Sequence record: MH706966
Strand: one strand, 5' to 3'
DNA from: Enterobacteria phage mEp021
DNA length: 54,655 nucleotides
Shown here: in pieces, positions 15,378-22,808 of the stretch
How positions within the stretch are numbered: the first letter of the stretch is position 1
How the letters are laid out: every line of letters begins with the position of its first letter
The notes under the pieces: model-generated
Seen by the model: the letters and a program-made list of their open reading frames with translations, nothing else
The model's database searches: none
What the model was told of the DNA's origin: nothing
Made by a program: the position numbers and the translations under genes

Positions 15378-15559
15378 AGGAAGTAAAGGTCAAAGACCTG
15401 AAAGGCGGTGAGCGATTAAAGGCGTGGTGGGGTCGCGAGTTTACAGCCGCTGCCTTCATGATCATGCAGGGCGGGGAGGTCGTTATATACGATGAAGACC
15501 TGAAGGAAGTCGGCAGGTGGCATCTTGAGCAATATATCGAGGTGTTAGATGAAAATTAA
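15368..15559 (+). CDS. Hypothetical protein (63 aa)
   Basis: Overlapping, coupled ORF. Confidence 0.45.
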   Translation: MAIKEVKVKDLKGGERLKAWWGREFTAAAFMIMQGGEVVIYDEDLKEVGRWHLEQYIEVLDEN

Positions 15560-15881
15560 ATTCCATAAAGGTTATGATTCGGTCACTAACAAGTTATCGC
15601 TATTTATTGAGTTCGAGCGCCGGATCGTGGTTGTTCCTTATTCTCGGCGCTTTAATGATGCGGCAGGGCGGCGGCAATTCGCGTTAGACATGTTGTTACG
15701 TGGCTGCGGCCTTATGCGCCCGCTATCTGATTTGAAACGGATGATGCCGGGATCGTTCGGTCAGATTGATGAAATAGAAATAAGCCCGGAAGAACTGAAG
15801 CGGGAGCGTGATTTATTCCTTTCAAGCGAAGGAAACCCGTTTAATTCAGAAACAGAAATGAAATGGCATCACCCACTATAA
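15549..15881 (+). CDS. Hypothetical protein (110 aa)
   Basis: Overlapping, coupled ORF. Confidence 0.45.
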   Translation: MKIKFHKGYDSVTNKLSLFIEFERRIVVVPYSRRFNDAAGRRQFALDMLLRGCGLMRPLSDLKRMMPGSFGQIDEIEISPEELKRERDLFLSSEGNPFNSETEMKWHHPL

Positions 15882-15894
15882 AAGGATAAATATC

Positions 15895-16515
15895 ATGAAC
15901 GACATTAAAACAGCTTATTCACTAGGCAGCGATGGCATGTTAATCACTCGCTACACTGAAGACGCAAGTTTTCATGAAGTGGAAACGAAGGATTATCACG
16001 AAGTATTAAAAGATATGGAAGCTGGCGCGTATGACGCAGATTTGAATCTGGCTTTACAGATTGTTGATATTATGATGGACGCGTCGATCCGCGATTATGT
16101 GTCTTTAAACGCTGAAGAAAAAACGGCTGTGGCTCGTTATGTCTTCTGCCTAACTTTCGTGAAACGAATGGAAGAGGAATATGGGCGCGTGCCAGTGCCG
16201 GAAGAAATTGACCCGCTGGCGTTCGGAAGCGCTGTTATTTTCCCGTTAGATGAAAATCATACTGGTAGCGTTGCGCTGCATTCTATGCGCGGCGTAATGA
16301 AATGCATCTTTGAGGCTAAAGCGCTACAGAAGTGCATTGATGAAGGGCATGACGAAGAAGACGTAAAAGCGATCATGCCGTTGTTTTATGGCGAAATGGT
16401 TGGGAACAACATGCGCGCAAATGATTTAGGTGTGCAGGCTGCCATAACTGTACTTAACGAAGCGCGGAAAATGTCGCAGCCAATGCCGGAACCTGAAAAA
16501 CGTGTACTGCATTAA
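15895..16515 (+). CDS. Hypothetical protein (206 aa)
   Basis: Long ORF in the operon. No motif recognised. Confidence 0.55.
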   Translation: MNDIKTAYSLGSDGMLITRYTEDASFHEVETKDYHEVLKDMEAGAYDADLNLALQIVDIMMDASIRDYVSLNAEEKTAVARYVFCLTFVKRMEEEYGRVPVPEEIDPLAFGSAVIFPLDENHTGSVALHSMRGVMKCIFEAKALQKCIDEGHDEEDVKAIMPLFYGEMVGNNMRANDLGVQAAITVLNEARKMSQPMPEPEKRVLH

Positions 16516-16525
16516 CATCGTGATT

Positions 16526-16561
16526 GCGATCACATAAATATACATTTTGTGTTGTGATCGC
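16526..16561. promoter_or_regulatory. 36-bp palindromic element GCGATCACA-N18-TGTGATCGC enclosing a TACATTTTGTG word
   Basis: Perfect 9-bp arms, each containing GATC. Lies in the 99-nt gap between 16515 and 16615. Confidence 0.4.
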
Positions 16562-16614
16562 ATATCCGTTTTGTAAACTGAAATCAAAAGGTTTACGGCA
16601 CGGAGGAAAACAAG

Positions 16615-16833
16615 ATGGCAAGCGAATTAATGCTTTATTGTGTTGAAGGTGGCGTGGGACATGATGCCTACGTCGCCGGGAAAAGCTATCCAGCAGATGA
16701 AGTGCTTTCTAATATGCACTTCCGGGAAAATGAAAACCAGGTGTCTGTGTGGAAGCGATGCGTTGATGGCATTGAGGTAGTTAGCCTCGAAAGATATTTG
16801 GGTAAATTTGACTACGCATTGATCGAGGCTTAA
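16615..16833 (+). CDS. Hypothetical protein (72 aa)
   Basis: ORF with the RBS GGAGGAAAACAAGATG. Confidence 0.5.
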   Translation: MASELMLYCVEGGVGHDAYVAGKSYPADEVLSNMHFRENENQVSVWKRCVDGIEVVSLERYLGKFDYALIEA

Positions 16834-16835
16834 CT

Positions 16836-16928
16836 ATGGACGAAACATTGCTATTCATGTGCATTTGCTGGGGTTTTATTGCCTTATGCCTGTTTATCAG
16901 GTGGTTTATTGAATACCATATGAGGTGA
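16836..16928 (+). CDS. Small single-TM peptide (30 aa)
   Basis: Not in the track. MDETLLFMCICWGFIALCLFIRWFIEYHMR. Fills the gap between two genes. Confidence 0.3.
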   Translation: MDETLLFMCICWGFIALCLFIRWFIEYHMR

Positions 16929-16931
16929 TAT

Positions 16932-17126
16932 ATGGAACAGAAAACTGATTATAGAATACCTGACAACCTGAAGTTAGTTGGCATTGGTTTTGGTTGTCGT
17001 TTTGTATCTGACGCAAACGGGGCGATTTATTTAGTGCGCATCATTGATGGCGTTCAACATATAAGAAGGCTAGGACTTTACATCAAAGCATTTAGAAGAG
17101 GTTATTTGAAAACTCATGAAATTTAA
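16932..17126 (+). CDS. Hypothetical protein (64 aa)
   Basis: ORF with the RBS GAGGTGA. Confidence 0.45.
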   Translation: MEQKTDYRIPDNLKLVGIGFGCRFVSDANGAIYLVRIIDGVQHIRRLGLYIKAFRRGYLKTHEI

Positions 17127-17319
17127 ACAGTATAAAGAATGGAAGATTCCAGAAGAAGCGACAAAGGCAGCGCCCGGAATTTTTTCGGGCGTTTATTTTT
17201 ATATGGGCGGTAAATGGTATTTCGGCAGCAGGCCGGATCACTATTATCAAGAATTATGCAAATCTCACACATGGGACATTAATGAACGCGTGCAAGGCGG
17301 TGTAATAGACGAGGTTTAA
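17116..17319 (+). CDS. Hypothetical protein (67 aa)
   Basis: Overlapping, coupled ORF. Confidence 0.45.
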   Translation: MKFKQYKEWKIPEEATKAAPGIFSGVYFYMGGKWYFGSRPDHYYQELCKSHTWDINERVQGGVIDEV

Positions 17320-17320
17320 A

Positions 17321-17557
17321 ATGATTAATGGTTTTTTAAGCTGGTTAAGAGTGTGGTTTTTTGCCACGCTTTTCGTTTTTTTGGCGTTCAGCGGTGTCAT
17401 TGTCATATTTACGCTGGCGATGATGTTCATTACATGGTCAGTACCTGAATTTAACAATCTTGGAAGTATTTTTGCTGTCGCCCGCGCCATGTTTGCTTGT
17501 AGCGCATTTGTTGGTTTTTGTTGGAGTGTTTCGCCTGATTGGGATGATGAATGGTGA
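17321..17557 (+). CDS. Membrane protein (78 aa, 2-3 TM segments)
   Basis: Hydrophobic throughout (FFATLFVFLAFSGVIVIFTLAMMFI...). Confidence 0.5.
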   Translation: MINGFLSWLRVWFFATLFVFLAFSGVIVIFTLAMMFITWSVPEFNNLGSIFAVARAMFACSAFVGFCWSVSPDWDDEW

Positions 17558-17795
17558 TCCTATGGCCTTGTTCAATATGTCAGAACTGCAATTCAACGCC
17601 GTAAAAGCTGCCGCCCGCGCTGCACTTTCTGCTTGCAAAGCGGAGGTAGAGAAAAACGGCTACAGCGATAAAGCCACGCGGCTGATATTAGAAAAGCATT
17701 ATCGCAAGGTCGCCCCACTAATCAGCATTGAGCGCTTTGTGTGGTTGGTGGGGTATTTAAACAACCGTTGGGGGACGGAACAAGATTATTTCTAA
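17544..17795 (+). CDS. Hypothetical protein (about 83 aa; start 17544, 17547 or 17562)
   Basis: The track ORF 17460-17795 was trimmed to the first in-frame ATG near the upstream stop. Confidence 0.45.
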   Translation: MMNGDPMALFNMSELQFNAVKAAARAALSACKAEVEKNGYSDKATRLILEKHYRKVAPLISIERFVWLVGYLNNRWGTEQDYF

Positions 17796-17804
17796 GGGGG
17801 CGTA

Positions 17805-18344
17805 ATGAAAAATGATTTTGGAGGCAGCCACACTCCTAAGGAAATTAAAGATCTATGGCAGACGCCTAAACCAGTTTTCAGAGGAATGGACCGCGAATTT
17901 GAATTTGTCGCTGACGTGGCGGCAAACAAGGAAAATGCGCTAGTTCCTCGGTATATAACCGAAGAAATGGACACGTTGCATTATCCGTGGGGAGCTGTGG
18001 CAATGCCTGGTGAGTATGTCTGGCTTAATCCGCCATATTCTAAACCGGGGCCATTCGTTGAGAAGGCGGCATTAGAACATCAACGAAATCACATTGGCTG
18101 TGTAATGCTGTTGCCCGCTGACATTTCTGTTAGCTGGTTTATGAACGGCGTGGATACGGCAAACGAATGCCGATTAATCACGCGCGGGCGGCTGGCGTTT
18201 ATCAATGCTGCGACTGGTAAGCCAGTAAGCGGAAACAATAAAGGGAGCTTGTTTTTGATCTGGCATCCACGGTGCAGACATGAATGTATTTTTACACACA
18301 TAACACGTAAAGAGCTATACGCAAGAGGTGCAGATAATGACTAG
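17805..18344 (+). CDS. Phage Dam-type DNA N6-adenine methyltransferase
   Basis: 179 aa. WQTPKPVF...FVADVAA...NALVPRY and the catalytic LNPPYS are characteristic of the small phage Dam family. Confidence 0.8.
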   Translation: MKNDFGGSHTPKEIKDLWQTPKPVFRGMDREFEFVADVAANKENALVPRYITEEMDTLHYPWGAVAMPGEYVWLNPPYSKPGPFVEKAALEHQRNHIGCVMLLPADISVSWFMNGVDTANECRLITRGRLAFINAATGKPVSGNNKGSLFLIWHPRCRHECIFTHITRKELYARGADND

Positions 18345-18834
18345 TGCAGCAGATTTACTACGAATCGCAGCGGAAACAATTGAGCAAAGAGGTAAACAAA
18401 ACGGCTACGACAGAAAAGAGGAAAAATCAGCGCCAAAAATAGCCACTATATACAACGCTAAGAAGGGCGCAAATTTAACCCCACTTGATGTATGGGATCT
18501 GATGATTTGTCTTAAGGAGGCGCGTTTAGAGGCTATTTTGGTTAATGGCAGCGATCCCACTGACACTTTGGTTGACCTAATCAGCTACAGCGCACTAAAA
18601 GCTGAGCAAATATTGAATGATCTGGATGAAGAGTTAAAGAAAAATCAGTTCACTGCCGCCAATATTAATGATGGAATAATAAATGACGCAGCAATAACAA
18701 GCTGTAAGGGATTGCCGCCTTCAATGCTTAAACCTCAGTGTGGCTGTATTTCAAATCGGCTTGATTTGAGTTTTGACAGATCTGAAGCTATTCGCGACAA
18801 GAGGTATGACCCAAATGAAAAAGGTGACAATTGA
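18337..18834 (+). CDS. Conserved phage protein (165 aa)
   Basis: RBS GAGGTG. The N-terminus AADLLRIAAETIEQRGKQNGY...DVWDLMICLKEARL recurs in phage early regions as I recall. Function unknown. Confidence 0.5.
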   Translation: MTSAADLLRIAAETIEQRGKQNGYDRKEEKSAPKIATIYNAKKGANLTPLDVWDLMICLKEARLEAILVNGSDPTDTLVDLISYSALKAEQILNDLDEELKKNQFTAANINDGIINDAAITSCKGLPPSMLKPQCGCISNRLDLSFDRSEAIRDKRYDPNEKGDN

Positions 18835-19318
18835 CAGGTTATTGGCCTGCGTTTATGTCGCCGTTTTCGTGATCATCAACCTAATTGTTAACCATTGCGG
18901 CCCGTGGGTGATTCCTATCACTACGGTAGCCGCTGTGTGTGTCAATATGATGATCCGCGACTTCCTGTTATATGACGGCGGTATCAAGTGGTCGGCGACA
19001 ACATGCGCCGCCGCTGGCGCAATCACTGTGCTGATAAATTACGACGCCGGAATGGTAGCGATCGCGTCATTTGTTGCGGTTGTTTCCGGTGCACTTATTT
19101 CTGGCGGCGTTTACCGGGTTTTACCTGGTGACTTTGATTCAAAACGATGGCCTGCAAATATAGCGTCAGCAATAGGCGATGCGTTGATTTTCCCTACGCT
19201 ATCGTTTATGGCATTCATGCCGGAAATATCAGCAATGCAATTCATATCCAAAATGGCGGCGGTAACGGTGATCACTATCATCATGCGCCGCTATTTTACG
19301 TTTGAGGGTAGAAAATGA
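18815..19318 (+). CDS. Polytopic inner-membrane protein, possibly VUT/YhhQ-like (7-deazapurine precursor transporter family)
   Basis: 167 aa with 4-5 TM segments. ASFVAVVSGALISGGVYRVL...KRWPANIASAIGDALIFPTLSFMAF resembles my memory of the E. coli YhhQ C-terminal half. The family assignment is weak. Confidence 0.5.
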   Translation: MKKVTIDRLLACVYVAVFVIINLIVNHCGPWVIPITTVAAVCVNMMIRDFLLYDGGIKWSATTCAAAGAITVLINYDAGMVAIASFVAVVSGALISGGVYRVLPGDFDSKRWPANIASAIGDALIFPTLSFMAFMPEISAMQFISKMAAVTVITIIMRRYFTFEGRK

Positions 19319-20073
19319 GCAGGGGTAAACATTGGTTTAATAATTGGCTTAGAAATTGGGTCGTTTGGTCGTTGTACGACGGCAGCGGGTACGCCGTCAA
19401 AGATTGGGCGGAAGCAGGATATAAGTGCTATTGCTTCAACTATGACGGCGCAAATCACGGCGATTATGAAGGCGTTAAAATCATTCATCCAAATATTGAA
19501 TACGTTAACGTATGGATTGACAGTCACTTCCTGGTGATGTTCTCGCCTGAACTGTCAGTTTACCCAGATCCTGATATTATCCTGGGCTTCCCGCCGTGCG
19601 ACGATCTCGCCGTGTCTGGCGCTCGCTGGTTCGCTGATAAACGGAAAAAAGATCCTGACTTCCAGGTGAAGGCGGCGAATAGCGCAAAACTGGTAGAAAA
19701 ACTGGCGGATATGCACAACGTGCCGTGGATGGTGGAAAATCCGGTGGGAGCACTGTCAACGCTATGGCGCAAACCTGATTTTATTTTCAACCCTTGCGCT
19801 TACGGTGGCTACCTGCCGGAAGACGACAAACATCCTGCTTTCCCTGATGTTTACCCTGCGCGCGACGCGTATACAAAGAAAACTTGCATATGGTGCGGCA
19901 ACGGATTCAAACAGCCGCTTTTTAGACCTGTAGATCTTAACTCTGGCGATAACCCTGGGTGGGCGAAAACAGGAGGCAGGACGAAACGAACAAAGATGAT
20001 ACGCTCACTAACTCCGCGCGGCTTTGCCCGTGCTGTATTCATGGCTAACCATGACCGCGTTTTACCGGACTGA
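19315..20073 (+). CDS. Compact C5-cytosine-methyltransferase-like protein
   Basis: 252 aa. Motif I-like SLYDGSGYA, motif IV-like GFPPCDDLAVSGA, motif VI-like MVENPVG and motif X-like LTPRGFARAVF. No obvious target-recognition domain. Confidence 0.6.
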   Translation: MSRGKHWFNNWLRNWVVWSLYDGSGYAVKDWAEAGYKCYCFNYDGANHGDYEGVKIIHPNIEYVNVWIDSHFLVMFSPELSVYPDPDIILGFPPCDDLAVSGARWFADKRKKDPDFQVKAANSAKLVEKLADMHNVPWMVENPVGALSTLWRKPDFIFNPCAYGGYLPEDDKHPAFPDVYPARDAYTKKTCIWCGNGFKQPLFRPVDLNSGDNPGWAKTGGRTKRTKMIRSLTPRGFARAVFMANHDRVLPD

Positions 20074-20128
20074 AATTTACAAAATGGCGTCATTGCGTGA
20101 TGTGGATCACATAATGGCGCTATTCACC

Positions 20129-20156
20129 TTGTTCTGATGTATCCATTTTGTATACT
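20129..20156 (+). promoter_or_regulatory. Candidate promoter (TTGTTC-16-TATACT) overlapping a CCATTTTGTATA word
   Basis: Read in the 159-nt gap after 20073. It would start transcription just upstream of the third nut-like site. Confidence 0.35.
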
Positions 20157-20170
20157 TCAAACAAGCAAAA

Positions 20171-20204
20171 TGCTCTTTAAAAATCCGGCAGCGCTGAAAT
20201 GCGT
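20171..20204 (+). promoter_or_regulatory. Third nut-like site (boxA TGCTCTTTAAAAA, 7-nt spacer, boxB GCGCUGAAAUGCGU)
   Basis: boxA matches the rrn boxA at 12/13. The 17-mer GCTCTTTAAAAATCCGG is identical to the nutR-like site on the other strand. boxB shares the CGCUG..AA..GCG pattern. Confidence 0.45.
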
Positions 20205-20232
20205 AGAAATCACCTGAAAAGGAGAGAGCATT

Positions 20233-20409
20233 ATGCCTTTTAATAATTACCAATGGCATGACGACTATGAACGAGAAAGCGTCATGCGTGCAATGTGCAA
20301 TGTATGCAGCACGAAGAAAGGAGACTGCAACGAGTGCAACGAATGTTTAGATCATTGGCTAAGGGCCGGACACGCCGAAAGGCTGAACGAAACAGAAAAT
20401 CAAAAATAA
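20233..20409 (+). CDS. Small Cys-rich protein (58 aa)
   Basis: Not in the track. RBS AGGAGAG. MPFNNYQWHDDYERESVMRAMCNVCSTKKGDCNECNECLDHW... Confidence 0.4.
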   Translation: MPFNNYQWHDDYERESVMRAMCNVCSTKKGDCNECNECLDHWLRAGHAERLNETENQK

Positions 20410-20423
20410 TCGGGGTGATTTTT

Positions 20424-21029
20424 ATGCAGAACCCTAAAAAACCAATACGACGCCGTTGCAAATGCTGCGGCGTTTTTTTTGAGCCTAAATATCACAATCA
20501 AACGTGGTGCAGTGATGAATGTCTGGAAGAACTGAAGTTTGACCAGCTATGCCGCGACCGAGAAAAGGCTATGAAGGCTATGGAACGGAAGAAACGCCGC
20601 GACAGCCAGCGTGAGGAACGCAACCGGAAACGTAAACAGTTAAATCCGCGCAGCTACTGGATTAAACAGGCGCAAAACGTGTTTAACGCATATATTCGCG
20701 AACGTGACGCAGGACAGCCGTGTATATCTTGCGGGACTTATTATTACGAACAATGCGGCGCTGATGCTGGACACTGGCGCACAGTAGCGGCAGCCGGACA
20801 CCTTCGCTTTAACGAGGATAACGTAAACCTACAATGCCGACATTGCAATCAGGTATTAGACGGCAATGTAGAGTTATACAGAATAAATTTAATAAAAAAA
20901 ATAGGATTAGAAAGGGTGGAGGCATTAGAAAATAATAACGAGACTCACAAATGGACGATAGAAGAATGTAAGGAAATCATAAAAGTCTATCAGGCTAAAT
21001 TGGACGCCTTAAGGAGAAAGGCGGCATGA
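20424..21029 (+). CDS. ninG: NinG/Rap-family recombination endonuclease
   Basis: Trimmed to MQNPKKPIRRRCKCCG... PRSYWIKQAQNVFNAYIRERDAGQPCISCGT...GHWRTVAAAGHLRFNEDNVNLQCRHCN matches my recollection of lambda NinG closely. Confidence 0.8.
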   Translation: MQNPKKPIRRRCKCCGVFFEPKYHNQTWCSDECLEELKFDQLCRDREKAMKAMERKKRRDSQREERNRKRKQLNPRSYWIKQAQNVFNAYIRERDAGQPCISCGTYYYEQCGADAGHWRTVAAAGHLRFNEDNVNLQCRHCNQVLDGNVELYRINLIKKIGLERVEALENNNETHKWTIEECKEIIKVYQAKLDALRRKAA

Positions 21030-21433
21030 ATGAATATTCTTTTAGCCTGCCTTACCCGCCATCGAACAATCGCTATTACCGACATTCTCGCGGTTTTCAC
21101 TATATTAGCAAAGTGGGGAAGGAATACAGGGAACAAGTAAGAGACATCATCGAGCTATTAAATTTAAACATCAACCTATCTTGCCGACTGGCAATAACTA
21201 TTCATGCCGCGCCGCCTGATAACCGGATCAGAGATCTGGATAATATCCCAAAATGCCTTTTTGATAGCCTTACTTACGCCGGATTCTGGACCGACGACGG
21301 ACAAATCGATTCTATAAAAATTGTTCGCTGCCGGAAGGTGAAAGGCGGGCGATTGTTTATTAAGGTGCGCGAGCGCGGCGACCTGTTACCGGATATTGGC
21401 GAATACGAAACTAATATATGGGGTGAGAAATGA
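21026..21433 (+). CDS. rusA: RusA-family Holliday junction resolvase
   Basis: 135 aa. LPYPPSNNRYYRH...RDLDNIPKCLFDSLTYAGFWTDDGQI. Confidence 0.85.
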   Translation: MNEYSFSLPYPPSNNRYYRHSRGFHYISKVGKEYREQVRDIIELLNLNINLSCRLAITIHAAPPDNRIRDLDNIPKCLFDSLTYAGFWTDDGQIDSIKIVRCRKVKGGRLFIKVRERGDLLPDIGEYETNIWGEK

Positions 21434-21612
21434 AAAACGAAATTAAAGATCTGCAAATAGATATTCAGCGCGACGAGCTTGATTTAGCTACAGTCAGGCA
21501 AATCCAGGCTTTCCACATGAGAGAATTGCTTGCGCTGAAAGAGCTTGAAAGAAAGTTGGTCCAGTCAATATCTGATCGCAAAAGACTGGTTGCGCGTTAC
21601 GGGGGTAAATAA
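21430..21612 (+). CDS. Hypothetical coiled-coil protein (60 aa)
   Basis: Coupled ORF between rusA and Q. Confidence 0.45.
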   Translation: MKNEIKDLQIDIQRDELDLATVRQIQAFHMRELLALKELERKLVQSISDRKRLVARYGGK

Positions 21613-22334
21613 TGAATTTGGAATCTATTCTTAAATTCCATTTCCCAAAGTCACCGCGTTTGTCAGATGAAAGCCGTGGAACATCACCTGATGCACTTAA
21701 TACTACTGATGCACTAACCGCCGCAGGTATGGCGCAATCTCGCGTAGAGCTTGGATATAGCGCTTTTTTAGGGAAGATGGAACTATCACAAGCCGAAAAA
21801 CATAAGGCCGTAGTTTTGCTTATAGAGCGTTTAAAGGCTATGGCAAAAGATTATAAATACGTTATGGAACTGGACGAGGCACAACGCAATGATCTCATTA
21901 TTCTTGTTGCCGTTTTTGCGTTTCGGGATTATTGCCAGAGTGCCGCGACGGAAAAAACTTGCATGGAGTGCGGCGGATATAAATTTACGTTTGACGAATA
22001 CGGTGAAAAACACCTTTGTAAAAAATGCAAGGGGCATGGGACAGTTCGCAATCATTGTAAACAATGCAAGGGCCGTGGCGAAGTACCGGACAAAGCAGCC
22101 AGCGAAGCGACGGAAATGCCAGTATTCAAAACGTGCCAGCATTGCGGCGGGCGCGGTTACTCGCGTTTCCCAGTAGATCTTGTTCGGCAGGCGGTTAATC
22201 AGCTTGTTTTCCCTGTAAGCCGATCAACATGGTGGAAGAAATACAGGGTTTTCTATGAAGACGCCATAGTGGAGCTATTCAAAGAAGAATCTCGCGCGGA
22301 AAGCGAAATCAAACGAGTGACACGGGGTGAATAA
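21612..22334 (+). CDS. Q: Late-gene antiterminator Q (Zn-finger type, phage 82/21-like)
   Basis: 240 aa immediately after rusA. DnaJ-like CxxCxGxG repeats (CKKCKGHG, CKQCKGRG, CQHCGGRG), as in one Q family. Confidence 0.65.
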   Translation: MNLESILKFHFPKSPRLSDESRGTSPDALNTTDALTAAGMAQSRVELGYSAFLGKMELSQAEKHKAVVLLIERLKAMAKDYKYVMELDEAQRNDLIILVAVFAFRDYCQSAATEKTCMECGGYKFTFDEYGEKHLCKKCKGHGTVRNHCKQCKGRGEVPDKAASEATEMPVFKTCQHCGGRGYSRFPVDLVRQAVNQLVFPVSRSTWWKKYRVFYEDAIVELFKEESRAESEIKRVTRGE

Positions 22335-22564
22335 TGGAGCTAAAAATCTGGCAGGCTATCGACGTTGTTGATAATGAATTGTCTATGTTCGCCACTAACG
22401 GGAAACGCGTTGTGATCGCTACATGGACTCGTAACCATGATGATATTGCTTTTCGTCGCGCGGCGGCGGAATTGCTTTTCTCTGATGGCGGCTACACGAT
22501 GAACATCGACCAGCTTGCAAGAATGAAAGATGAAAAACTGGTTGATAGCTACACAACTGCTTAA
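22334..22564 (+). CDS. Hypothetical protein (76 aa)
   Basis: TAATG coupling to Q. Confidence 0.45.
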   Translation: MELKIWQAIDVVDNELSMFATNGKRVVIATWTRNHDDIAFRRAAAELLFSDGGYTMNIDQLARMKDEKLVDSYTTA

Positions 22565-22574
22565 CGGGGTGAAT

Positions 22575-22808
22575 ATGCGTATCTATGAACACAAGCGGGA
22601 TAAAACCCGCTTTTTTGTTCGTGCTGGAGTGGCGTACCAGTATCACGAATGCGGTTACATTGAGGCGCTTGCTTACGATCTGGACTTCGAGCAAGAAAAG
22701 GAATGGTTCGATTTTAAAATTTACCGGAAGCGCAAACCAACGCGCGACGAGCGACACGCTATCCGTGACTTTTTAATCAGCATTGAACGTTGGGAGACAG
22801 AGGAATGA
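22575..22808 (+). CDS. Hypothetical protein (77 aa)
   Basis: Trimmed to the ATG with RBS GGGGTGA. Confidence 0.45.
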   Translation: MRIYEHKRDKTRFFVRAGVAYQYHECGYIEALAYDLDFEQEKEWFDFKIYRKRKPTRDERHAIRDFLISIERWETEE

